From a virus (Duplodnaviria; Caudoviricetes): a stretch of 45,467 nt of DNA. The position numbers and the translations under genes were made by a program. Below are positions 25,928 through 34,174 of the stretch, one piece after another (positions within the stretch are counted from its first letter, which is position 1; the number at the start of each line of letters is the position of its first letter). Location: positions 1 through 45,467 of the IMG/VR virus record IMGVR_UViG_3300048606_000041, one strand, 5' to 3'. Under the pieces are notes generated by a model. It was given only the letters and a program-made list of their open reading frames with translations. It did no database searches and was not told where the DNA came from.

Positions 25928-28149
25928 CAGCCCTGCTGTGGGGGCGCTTGCGGCGGGGCGCCCTGTGGGGGTTTAGCCGGCCCCTTGCCGCCCGGAGGTG
26001 CTCCACCCGGGGGAGCCGCGCCAGGGGGCGGGGGAGCGCCAGGCGGGGGCATCGGCGGGGAGGTGGGTACACCAAACATCTCGGGAGCGGGCGGGGGAGC
26101 GCCGAGCGTCGCCACCAGGTCGTAGCGGTTGCGCGCTTCTAGGCTCTTGCTGATGACAGAGTGCTTGAACGCGAAGTTGCCAGCCAACTCCGGAACGGCC
26201 TGGGGCAACTGCACTAGGGCGTCGGCTTCCGCCACTCTCTGAGAAGTGCTCGTGAACTTCAGGTCGGCACTGATTTCAACGTCGTACGGACGGTCGTACA
26301 TGTCTCGACCAACTGAGAAGTTTTGGCGTCCCATTTCACCAAGAGATGGGTCGTGGTTGTTGACGCTGAAGAACTCCACGTCTTCGAGAAAGATAGCGTT
26401 GAGTGCGGCATTGTTCTCAAGAACTTGACCAAGGAAATCGGCATATTTGCCAGTAGGAACGCTGAGCATCTTGGTCGCTTGTTCAATACGCGCTGATAAC
26501 CCTTGAGCTGTCTCTCCGCTCTTTCCACTCTCGCCACTCAGAACCTCCGGTGTGTTGCTGACGCTGTTGCCAAAGCGAGTGAACATCTCGACCAGGGTCA
26601 GCATCTGCGGGTTGGCCTGCCCGAAGTCGAGCGGCATCACGTCCTTACCAAGGTCGGTAGCGCCCTCCACCTTGTGAATACCGCCGGGCTTGAGTTGGAA
26701 GGTCGCTCCGCCAGGCATGCGCACGTCGCCCGTGGTCAGGAAGTTCTTGAAGTTCCCGAGCGTGCCCTGGTCGATGAACATGGACAAGGCGATGTTGGCT
26801 GCCCTATTCTGAGCGGCATGCATGCTACCCGTGCCGAGGCCCAAGATGCCCTGGATAGGCTCGATGTTGACGCCGTGCGCGAACATGCGGATTGGTTTGA
26901 ACTCTGGGTCGCGCGGCTTCGCGTTCGGGTCACCAGCCATCCAATCGGGCATCGGAGCCTCGGGAGGAGCCGGCATTTCGTCAACGGCACGGGCCATGAT
27001 GATTCCCTGGCTAGCCGCGTCGCTTCCCGGGTCCTGCTGATGCGCTAGCTCCAACGCGCTCTGCCTGGCCGCCTGTTGCTCCTGCTGGAACATCTGAATC
27101 TGCTGCTGCGCCGCCTGGTACGCCTGCAGTTGCTTGGTCTCGAACTCGAAGCGCCGCTTGTCGTACGGGTCGACGCGCTCGTGAATCGCCAGGTGCAACA
27201 CCGTGTGCGTCTGGTAGTCCACGACCACCTTGCAGTACCGGTCGCGCCCCTCGCCGCCAGAGGACGGAGGCAGGTTGAGCCAGCCTTCCCACTGAATCAG
27301 CTTGTACTGACCCTTCTGGTAAGCGGTCGAGTCGACGCCAATGGACTTGTCCACGGCCTCGCGTAGCTCCTGCGTGATGGTCGTGTCATCCCAGTCCGGC
27401 GGCAGGTTCTTGAGCGTGCATCCCACGTCCTCCCAGGTGCCGTCCATCTTGCGCAGCTCGTGCGGGTCCATGTAGATGATCTTCGCGACCCAGGAAACGT
27501 CCGAGTAGTCGGGCATCGTGGACACGTGCGTGTTGGCGCACACGAACTCGTTAGCCGTCAGAATCTCGTGTCGGTTGCTGCGCTGGTTGGGGTCCCAGTA
27601 GGAGTGACAGGTGACGTCCCCGAACAAGTCGAAGATGAGCAGGCCACGGTGTCCGAGTTGACGTTTGAAGTCCTTGATGCGCTTGCGAATCTGCCAGTTG
27701 CCATGGAGAGAGAGCAGCTTCGCCGTGTGCTCATCGTCTGGCCCGATGGGAGTAACCCCAAACACGTTCGTCCAGTTACCGAATAACTCGTAGTTCTGCC
27801 GGTACACCATGCGGATGGTGTTCTCCATGAGAATGGGCACGTGCGCGTTGCTCATGTTCTCGAACGGCGCTTGCTTCGGGTCGAGTGTGCCGGAGAACAG
27901 CTTCCAGATGTCCGCCATGCTGGTGCGGAACTTCTCCGTCGCGCTCCAGGCTGCGTCGAAGTCGTCGAGAGTCTTGCCGCTGATGCGCTTCAAAGAAGCC
28001 TTGCCCTCGGGGTGCTTCTTGAACTCGCTAACTAGGTTTGCGGCTTCCTCATCGTACTTGAATGCGGGCTCCGACGCAGTCTCCTGCCCTAGCGTAAAGA
28101 CGTCTTCGTCGGTGTACTTGTCGCCGTCGTCAGTGTTCTGTTCAGCCAT
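25927..28149 (-). CDS. Portal protein
   Basis: 740 aa after terminase; PFENMSNAHVP, GLG, ETAQG..ARIEQ motifs; Pro-rich tail. Confidence 0.85.
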   Translation of the reverse strand: MAEQNTDDGDKYTDEDVFTLGQETASEPAFKYDEEAANLVSEFKKHPEGKASLKRISGKTLDDFDAAWSATEKFRTSMADIWKLFSGTLDPKQAPFENMSNAHVPILMENTIRMVYRQNYELFGNWTNVFGVTPIGPDDEHTAKLLSLHGNWQIRKRIKDFKRQLGHRGLLIFDLFGDVTCHSYWDPNQRSNRHEILTANEFVCANTHVSTMPDYSDVSWVAKIIYMDPHELRKMDGTWEDVGCTLKNLPPDWDDTTITQELREAVDKSIGVDSTAYQKGQYKLIQWEGWLNLPPSSGGEGRDRYCKVVVDYQTHTVLHLAIHERVDPYDKRRFEFETKQLQAYQAAQQQIQMFQQEQQAARQSALELAHQQDPGSDAASQGIIMARAVDEMPAPPEAPMPDWMAGDPNAKPRDPEFKPIRMFAHGVNIEPIQGILGLGTGSMHAAQNRAANIALSMFIDQGTLGNFKNFLTTGDVRMPGGATFQLKPGGIHKVEGATDLGKDVMPLDFGQANPQMLTLVEMFTRFGNSVSNTPEVLSGESGKSGETAQGLSARIEQATKMLSVPTGKYADFLGQVLENNAALNAIFLEDVEFFSVNNHDPSLGEMGRQNFSVGRDMYDRPYDVEISADLKFTSTSQRVAEADALVQLPQAVPELAGNFAFKHSVISKSLEARNRYDLVATLGAPPPAPEMFGVPTSPPMPPPGAPPPPGAAPPGGAPPGGKGPAKPPQGAPPQAPPQQG

Positions 28150-28298
28150 TACTGCGCGCCTTTAGACAGCGCCGCTTCCTGGCGCTTGGTCTGCTCAAGT
28201 TGGACGGTGCAAACCATCGACCGGCTTATGCCGTAAACGTTTGCCAGAGTTTTTGTTGGGATGACCCCGCGGCTCCGGACGTAGACTCCCTTAGGCAT
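28149..28298 (-). pseudogene. Collapsed homing-endonuclease remnant (49 aa)
   Basis: MPKGVYVR N-terminus joined directly to HTH-like TLANVYGISRSMV; no nuclease core. Confidence 0.5.
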
Positions 28299-28299
28299 C

Positions 28300-30840
28300 C
28301 TAGCCTCCATAGCCGAAACTTGTGCCGGAAGCACGCGCAACCGGCTCTTCCTCGCGCTCTTCTAGGCTGAATGGGTGCATCTCCATGAGGATTGACCCTG
28401 CTCCCCTGCTCGCGCGCGCGCATGCGTAGGCGACGACGTCGAACCAATGGCGGAGGGGGCTTTTGTTGCACGGAACCGTCGAGTCGCCGTCATCTATGGG
28501 CAAAGCGGCAAACATCTCCCGAGTTTTCTTACAGTTGCTGAAAACCATGAGGCCAGGCTGCTTGTTCTGGTCATAGTCGCGCAATCTAGCCGTCACTCGC
28601 TCTGCGTTTCGCATCACGCTGGCCTTGTCCGCTGGCCGCCAGTTGACACCCTCCGCTGCGAAGTCCGCCGCTTTGCTTCTGCCAGCGTCGCCTCTCTCTT
28701 CCCATAGTTGCGTGTCAGCGACGTTACTCAGTAGACGGCTCCTCTTCTCGGCCTTGTCCCAGAACCCAAACTGGAGTTCTATGTCCTTAACGCGCTTGGC
28801 GCACTCGGTAGAGTTCATTAGACGGAATGAAAACTCATAGAACATGTACAAGTTGTCATCAGGGTCCAGCGCGAACCATCCGATGACACCCATCGACTTA
28901 TATCCCCAGTCGAGAGACCGGAACTTAGGCCAGTCGCGCGGGATTTTGAATGGCTCGATGACGTGCACCGTAGGATTCCAGTCGTCTTCGAAGAAGCCGC
29001 CTTCTTGCGCGTCCCAGTCGCCGTACAGGTAGCGAGCGCGCATGTGCGCCGGCTTACTCAGCAGCTTGAACTTGTACTGCTCGACGAACGTCTTGTCGGG
29101 GTTGTCGTCGAGTGTCGCCGGCAGGAACAACCTCGTCTTGTACTTGGTGACGCCCGTGGCAGGGTCGGTGACCTTGCGCTTCATGATGGTCCTGCCCTGT
29201 GGGCAAGGAGTCACGAACTCATCCTTGAGCCACCCGGGCGCGGGGTTGCTCATCAGGCGCGTTCGTAGCAGCAAGCCGAGCACCGGATCGGCGGAACGCA
29301 CGCGACCGTCGAGTTCCTCGAACTGCTTCTGCTCGAATTGGAACGACTCATCCAGGCCTAGCCAGGTCTGAATTGATATGCTTGCGTTCTCGGTGATATA
29401 GTGGTTTGCGCCTTCAACCGTGAGGTCGAATGTCTGAAACCACCCAGCGAACTCCAGATGCATCGAGCCCATACGGACGGCCTCTGTCAGAGGTCTCGAC
29501 TGCCCAGTATAGAAGTGACCGTAAGTCCTGGCCTCAGGATATGGGATACATCGTCGAGCGCTTCCCGGAGCATCCTGCTGCAAGGGGGCAGAACAGCATC
29601 GTGATGCAGCACCGTCTAGTGGCTGAGCAGCTTTTGGGTCGATACCTGACGGGCGCGGAGGTGGTCCACCATGAAGACCGGGTCCGCTGGAATAACGACC
29701 CATCGAACCTGTGGCTGTTCCGGAACCATGCGGAGCACATGCGTCATCACAAGAAAGGAGAGAAGCGATACCAGGCTGATCTCGCCGAAAGGCTCCGATG
29801 TCTGGCTCCGGCAAAGTCACTATCAGCGAAAGAAGTTGCGGCGCAGTTGGGCTGCTCGGTGAACACGATGAAGGCTCTTGCCAAGGAACACGATATCCAG
29901 TGGGTGAGTCGCGCCGAGTCAGGACTCTCCGAAGAGTCGGCTCGTGAAGCACTACAGGGACGGTCAACTCTGGAAGCTGCGTCAACTCTAGGTGTGAGCC
30001 ATCAGACCTTGAGAAGCCTGTTTCCGCATCTACTCTCGAAGCGCGCCTCACCTGACTTTCTCGACGCCCATCGAGAAGAGATTCGTAGTCTTGCCACACG
30101 GGAGCGAAACGCGGAGTTGGCGGATCGCTTTGGCTGCCACCCGATGACTCTGAACAAGGCGATTGCTCGCTGGTCCAGTGAAGAACCGGATGCGTGGTTG
30201 GGTGTAATTGCGTTCCGACGGTCTCGCCTAGGTATGAAGTGGTCGCGCGTACGCAAGCCTTGATGCCAGTATCCCACGTTGCCTCGACCTCTCGCGGACC
30301 CTCCAGGGTCATCACGAATTCCCCAGTCGATATCTCCTGAATGGCCTTCAGGGACCCGTCCCCCATGACAACGCGCGTGCCAAAAGCTGAGCAATATTGT
30401 TTACTTAGGTAGTCCTCGTGGCTGTTGGCCTCGCGACAGTGCCCGAAGGTGTAGACGTAGCCGCTGCTGAACGTCCATCGGTGGTCCTCCTTGGAGTAGA
30501 CTGCGCCGGGGTCGAACTTCTTGAACATGCGCCCCGAGCGGTCGATGGTCTCCTTGATTTGAGGCATCGTCCGGCGCATGTGCAGCGCGTGGCCTTCGGA
30601 TTCCCCCGGTCGGATGGGGTACTTCCGGCAGAGGTCTTTGAGCCAATCGGGGAAGCCTTCCGGGATGTCCTGGGTCATCCTGGCGTGTTCCACTACCGCC
30701 TGGGTGACTAGCGCATCAAAAAGCAGGGCTAAACTCTTGCCGGGGCCGGCGCTTCCCCCGCCCAGTACCTCATCGGCGGTCGAATTGTGAAATTCTTTCG
30801 CCCATGGGGAAGGGGTGTAGATGGTCCTGTCGAAGTTCAG
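28300..30840 (-). CDS. terL: Terminase large subunit, intein-containing, probable CTG start
   Basis: Walker A GGSAGPGKS (upstream of the ORF-track start), Walker B TWLGLDE, SNP motif, nuclease domain SLDWG...ADT...HWFD. Confidence 0.93.
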   Translation of the reverse strand: MNFDRTIYTPSPWAKEFHNSTADEVLGGGSAGPGKSLALLFDALVTQAVVEHARMTQDIPEGFPDWLKDLCRKYPIRPGESEGHALHMRRTMPQIKETIDRSGRMFKKFDPGAVYSKEDHRWTFSSGYVYTFGHCREANSHEDYLSKQYCSAFGTRVVMGDGSLKAIQEISTGEFVMTLEGPREVEATWDTGIKACVRATTSYLGETVGTQLHPTTHPVLHWTSEQSPCSESSGGSQSDPPTPRFAPVWQDYESLLDGRRESQVRRASRVDAETGFSRSDGSHLELTQLPELTVPVVLHEPTLRRVLTRRDSPTGYRVPWQEPSSCSPSSPTAPQLLSLIVTLPEPDIGAFRRDQPGIASLLSCDDACAPHGSGTATGSMGRYSSGPGLHGGPPPRPSGIDPKAAQPLDGAASRCCSAPLQQDAPGSARRCIPYPEARTYGHFYTGQSRPLTEAVRMGSMHLEFAGWFQTFDLTVEGANHYITENASISIQTWLGLDESFQFEQKQFEELDGRVRSADPVLGLLLRTRLMSNPAPGWLKDEFVTPCPQGRTIMKRKVTDPATGVTKYKTRLFLPATLDDNPDKTFVEQYKFKLLSKPAHMRARYLYGDWDAQEGGFFEDDWNPTVHVIEPFKIPRDWPKFRSLDWGYKSMGVIGWFALDPDDNLYMFYEFSFRLMNSTECAKRVKDIELQFGFWDKAEKRSRLLSNVADTQLWEERGDAGRSKAADFAAEGVNWRPADKASVMRNAERVTARLRDYDQNKQPGLMVFSNCKKTREMFAALPIDDGDSTVPCNKSPLRHWFDVVAYACARASRGAGSILMEMHPFSLEEREEEPVARASGTSFGYGG
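29373..29402 (+). promoter_or_regulatory. Sigma70-like promoter TTGATA-18-TATAGT (extended -10) for the antisense HNH gene
   Basis: TTGATA 29373-29378, TG 29394-29395, TATAGT 29397-29402; GAGGT 29422-29426 before ATG 29430. Confidence 0.65.
29430..30263 (+). CDS. HNH homing endonuclease with three C-terminal HTH repeats, nested antisense inside the intein
   Basis: GYIVERFPEHP...MQHRLVAEQLLGRYL...EVVHHEDRVRWNNDPSNL (HNH); HTHs AKEVAAQLGCSVNT, TLEAASTLGVSHQT, NAELADRFGCHPMT. Confidence 0.88.
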   Translation: MSETTQRTPDASSPYGRPLSEVSTAQYRSDRKSWPQDMGYIVERFPEHPAARGQNSIVMQHRLVAEQLLGRYLTGAEVVHHEDRVRWNNDPSNLWLFRNHAEHMRHHKKGEKRYQADLAERLRCLAPAKSLSAKEVAAQLGCSVNTMKALAKEHDIQWVSRAESGLSEESAREALQGRSTLEAASTLGVSHQTLRSLFPHLLSKRASPDFLDAHREEIRSLATRERNAELADRFGCHPMTLNKAIARWSSEEPDAWLGVIAFRRSRLGMKWSRVRKP

Positions 30841-31163
30841 GCGCGACTCGACAGGTGCTTGACTATAACACGAACCAACTGTGGGTCATGCGGCTCATCG
30901 ATGGTACGAACTGGCTCCCAGTACCGGCGCGGCTCATGCAGGTCGATGGCGCGCAGGGCTCGGTCCGCCACGAGCGCCACCTCCAGCATCTCCTCCTGGC
31001 GGAGCCGGCTGACGAAGGGATTGGCAGGCATCCACTTCTGGCTCTTGGCGGACACCAGGCGCTCGCCGCGGTCCACGTACACCACGCGCAGTTCGCCGCC
31101 GATGTCTTCGACGACACCCGACATGCCATCGTCCTGGCGCAGCATACGGTCACCCAGCTTCAT
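30837..31163 (-). CDS. Hypothetical protein upstream of terL
   Basis: ATGA overlap upstream, CTGA overlap with terL. Confidence 0.7.
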   Translation of the reverse strand: MKLGDRMLRQDDGMSGVVEDIGGELRVVYVDRGERLVSAKSQKWMPANPFVSRLRQEEMLEVALVADRALRAIDLHEPRRYWEPVRTIDEPHDPQLVRVIVKHLSSRA

Positions 31164-31591
31164 TCGGACTCCACCTCTACCACCGGGTAAGTCGAGGGCC
31201 CAGGGAACGCCGCGGAGGTCGGCGGGGGCAACTCGATCTTCACGTTCAGGTTGTTCTGAGTGAGAGTCGCCTTATTGAACCCTCGCGCTCTCGATATCCC
31301 AGTGTGGGCCTTCTGGGCAAGGGCTACTCCCGCAGGCGCCATGTTGGATGGCTTCCACATGGACTTGGCGAGCTGGAGCTTCCTGTTCGCCGCCTCTGCC
31401 CCGAGTTCCGACACCCACTCGGCGGGCGGCTCGGCGTCAAACTCGCCAATCTGGCCGAAAGCCAGGGCATCCAGCAGAATCTCGCTCGCTCGCTCGAAAA
31501 CCCGGTCCTCTATCTCCTGAAATCGCTCGATACGCTCCTCTTTGCGCTTGTCGCTCAGAAGGTCTCGTTCGAGAGCCTTATCGAGTATCAT
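31160..31591 (-). CDS. Possible terminase small subunit
   Basis: 143 aa, helical, with C-terminal QNNLNVKI strand; two genes upstream of terL. Confidence 0.45.
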   Translation of the reverse strand: MILDKALERDLLSDKRKEERIERFQEIEDRVFERASEILLDALAFGQIGEFDAEPPAEWVSELGAEAANRKLQLAKSMWKPSNMAPAGVALAQKAHTGISRARGFNKATLTQNNLNVKIELPPPTSAAFPGPSTYPVVEVESE

Positions 31592-32073
31592 CGCAGCGTC
31601 TCTAGTTGGAACCCATCGCCCACGTCAGCCACCAATGTGGATGCATAGAGTATGGCCTGCTTGGCCGTGTCACCATCTACGCGCCCAGTGGCGTGCTTCG
31701 CAGCAAGGTACCCAAGCGCCACCTGGTATCCGCTTCCTATGGCCCAGAATAGCTGTTCTTTCGCCAGGTCGACTAGTGCGCCTCCGCTAGTCACTTCAAT
31801 CAGCCGGTCTGCTGTCAGGACTAGAGCGTGCCCGCCCGAGTTTGGGGCCCGGAAGATGGCCCTGATGGACTCCAACGCCTTGTTTGTCGTCTTGGCTTTG
31901 GGCAATACCTCAGAGATACGGTCTATGAGTAGGTGATCGCCCGCTGCCGCCACCAGAATCCCCTGCCCCTTATGGACCTTGCTTACCTGGTAAGGGCCCA
32001 GAAGTCCGCCGGTGAAGGTAGTGCGGCGGTCCGCCGCCATCCAGCCGTCTCTATGAGCAATGATGCAAGTCAC
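31588..32073 (-). CDS. Ntn-hydrolase (HslV / proteasome beta-like) peptidase
   Basis: GTG start gives (M)TCIIA...MAADRR with N-terminal Thr; K, AAGD and AIGSG motifs; AGGGAG RBS. Confidence 0.8.
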   Translation of the reverse strand: MTCIIAHRDGWMAADRRTTFTGGLLGPYQVSKVHKGQGILVAAAGDHLLIDRISEVLPKAKTTNKALESIRAIFRAPNSGGHALVLTADRLIEVTSGGALVDLAKEQLFWAIGSGYQVALGYLAAKHATGRVDGDTAKQAILYASTLVADVGDGFQLETLR

Positions 32074-32102
32074 AGTCTCTCCCTGGGGTATGCTGAAGCA
32101 GT

Positions 32103-32441
32103 ATGCCACAGCGAACGGCCCACCGGTGGCGATTTTACGAACAGAAGCCCCCCAAGGACGCGCACAAGGAGCGGTTGCCGCTACCGGAACTAGCTAGATT
32201 CCTTGGGGATAGGCGGAGTGAGGCGAGGAAGTACGCAAAGAGCAGAGGACTCATCCACCACAGCGTGATCCGGACGCCCAAGGGTACCCGGAGGAGCCTG
32301 TACTGGGTCACGCCCTGGGGAGCCATGCAGGTCATCCTACACGTCAGGGCGCTACAGGGGGGCAAGTTCCTGGACAGCCTGGAGCGGGAGCCTAGGAGAC
32401 TATCGGGTTGTCCTCCCCCTCATCCTCGACACAGCACGTGA
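32103..32441 (+). CDS. Basic hypothetical protein, possible DNA-binding
   Basis: LPELARFLG...ARKYAKSRGL HTH-like segment; start uncertain. Confidence 0.4.
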   Translation: MPQRTAHRWRFYEQKPPKDAHKERLPLPELARFLGDRRSEARKYAKSRGLIHHSVIRTPKGTRRSLYWVTPWGAMQVILHVRALQGGKFLDSLEREPRRLSGCPPPHPRHST

Positions 32442-32592
32442 CGTAGGCGCCCTTGCGACGGATGGTGTTTGGGTCACTCCGGTAGTCGTTGCCGCCGAAG
32501 GCGCGGCCGCACCGTTTGCACGTGGTCCAGAAGTATCCACCGAAGAAGGCTGACAGCCAGCGCCAAACGACCCACTCTCGAAGTGCGTTCAT
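32392..32592 (-). CDS. Small CxxC protein
   Basis: GAGG RBS; FGGYFWTTCKRCGRAFGG. Confidence 0.55.
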   Translation of the reverse strand: MNALREWVVWRWLSAFFGGYFWTTCKRCGRAFGGNDYRSDPNTIRRKGAYVTCCVEDEGEDNPIVS

Positions 32593-32694
32593 CTACTCAT
32601 CCTCTTTTCTCCACCCAACTCGTGGGCAGTGGAGCACCATATCACGTGCGGGGGCTCCAGGGGGAGCGGGTAATGAAACAGGCGGAGCGGGAGC

Positions 32695-33120
32695 CTAGCC
32701 TCGGTGAGCCCAGGAGTTTCTCCACGACTTCTTCGGAGTGCTGCGAGGACCGGGAACGAACGGAACAGGCTCAGACGGAGACTTGACCCTGGCAGTCACC
32801 AGGAGCGCCTTGGGCTTGGGGGCGGACTCCTGAATCTGCCGCATAGGGGCAGGCTTCTCTGGAACCCAAACCTCGCCCGGCACTGGCGGCGTCCGAGGCT
32901 CACTAAAGGCCAGTACACGCCAGTAGTACTCTTTCACGATGACGCGCCCAGACTTCCCGGGGAATAGGTGGCCGCCAGAAAGGACGCAACTGCGAGGAAC
33001 CCAGAAGTCCAGTTTCCCCTCTACCGGCTTAGCGAGCCTGAACAGGAGCGCCCTATGGGATTCTCGCAGGCATTCACACTTCCCCAAGTCTATGTGCTGT
33101 TCCGGGTATAGCTGCTGCAT
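32695..33120 (-). CDS. Hypothetical protein
   Basis: ESHRALLF...FWVPRS motif; first gene of the leftward arm. Confidence 0.55.
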   Translation of the reverse strand: MQQLYPEQHIDLGKCECLRESHRALLFRLAKPVEGKLDFWVPRSCVLSGGHLFPGKSGRVIVKEYYWRVLAFSEPRTPPVPGEVWVPEKPAPMRQIQESAPKPKALLVTARVKSPSEPVPFVPGPRSTPKKSWRNSWAHRG

Positions 33121-33144
33121 AGGCCTACTTTTCGCACAAAACAA

Positions 33145-33580
33145 AGCCAGTTGACAAGGCCCAGAATATTCTGTATGCCGTGTGGCAACACAAGGCGCTC
33201 AGCAGCTTGGCGGGACCCCGTGCCGCTACCTCTGAAGTCTTTGGATTAACCCTCTCGTTCATCCCCTTCTAAAGTCCCTGCCCCCTACTCGTTCCCGAAG
33301 GACTCCCTTCCGGCCAGTGCGAGTTGAGTTTTAAATTAGTCGGTCTACCGGGTGGGGGGCCCGCCCACGCTTCCCTCGCCTCCCGCCCCGGGGGTACCCG
33401 GGTGCTTCCGCGCCACCAGGTGACGGCTGCGCAGTATCAGAGCGGAACGCTGTAAGTCTGCGCAGTTACAGGTGTAATCACCCGTAGGGGTGATGCGAAA
33501 GGTTGACTCGGTTGGGTGGGTTGGACGTACTTAGAGGTATCGCTTCTGCAATTGAGCAGGGGGATAGAGGAGAGAGGTGG
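33145..33580. other. Divergent non-coding region between the late and early arms; candidate genome end / packaging site
   Basis: Longest ORF-free gap; TTGACA at 33151; G/C runs and GGGTACCC palindrome near 33392; pyrimidine-rich to G/T-rich switch. Confidence 0.45.
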
Positions 33581-33584
33581 CGTC

Positions 33585-33953
33585 ATGTCTGAGGTATCTT
33601 CCAAGGGTTCGGTGTCTGAGAGGTACGTTCTGGCTTTGGCGGTTCAGAGGTCGTGTAGTGTTGGCGAGGCTCGGCTGCTTACTGGCGCACTGGCTGACAA
33701 CTGCCGTTTGGCTTCTTCTGGCCGGGCTGGCTGTGATAGCGCTGGGTTATCAGTGTCGACCGGGTCTGCTGCTGGCTTGGATGTCTTTAGCGAGGCTGAG
33801 AGGGAGAATCTGGAGGGGGCTTTGCAGATTGCTCGACGCTTTCCCGGGTCGCCTTGCATGGTGCTGCTGGCTCGGATGTTGGAGCTGGAGCTGGGAGCTC
33901 CGGCTGTCTCGGTGGATGCTACGGGGCCTTCGCTGGTTGGAGGTGGGCTGTGA
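33585..33953 (+). CDS. Hypothetical early protein (G/T-skewed)
   Basis: GAGGAGAGAGG RBS before ATG 33585; GTGA overlap with next gene. Confidence 0.5.
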   Translation: MSEVSSKGSVSERYVLALAVQRSCSVGEARLLTGALADNCRLASSGRAGCDSAGLSVSTGSAAGLDVFSEAERENLEGALQIARRFPGSPCMVLLARMLELELGAPAVSVDATGPSLVGGGL

Positions 33954-34174
33954 GGGGCGTGTTGGAATTCCACTTCGAGGGTGAGGCACTGCATGGAGTG
34001 GAGCCGGCCAACCCGGGCTACTCGCTGTACCTGGGGAGCGCTCGCGTGGATTACCAGAGCGTCACCGATGCTTTGCGGGAGTTCAACCTGCCCAGCTGCA
34101 TTGCGCCTGGGGAATGGGAGGAACAGACGCTGCAGGAGACCGCGGCGATTCTGGCGGCGATTCGGGCCGACTGA
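33950..34174 (+). CDS. Hypothetical early protein
   Basis: GGAGG RBS and GTGA coupling. Confidence 0.55.
   Translation: MRGVLEFHFEGEALHGVEPANPGYSLYLGSARVDYQSVTDALREFNLPSCIAPGEWEEQTLQETAAILAAIRAD

Larger units (their letters stand above)
29368..30393 (-). mobile_element. Intein (342 aa) in terminase; Cys1, terminal Gln, +1 Thr
   Basis: Block A CSAFGTRVVMGDGSLKAIQEISTGEFV; block B HPTTHPVL; block F/G TFDLTVEGANHYITENASISIQ; removal restores LSKQY-TWLGLDES. Confidence 0.9.

Noticed and set aside
29368-30393. Group I intron or assembly chimera as the explanation for the terL insert
   Set aside because: The insert keeps the frame, is bounded by intein blocks A/B and F/G, and its removal restores the Walker B context exactly.
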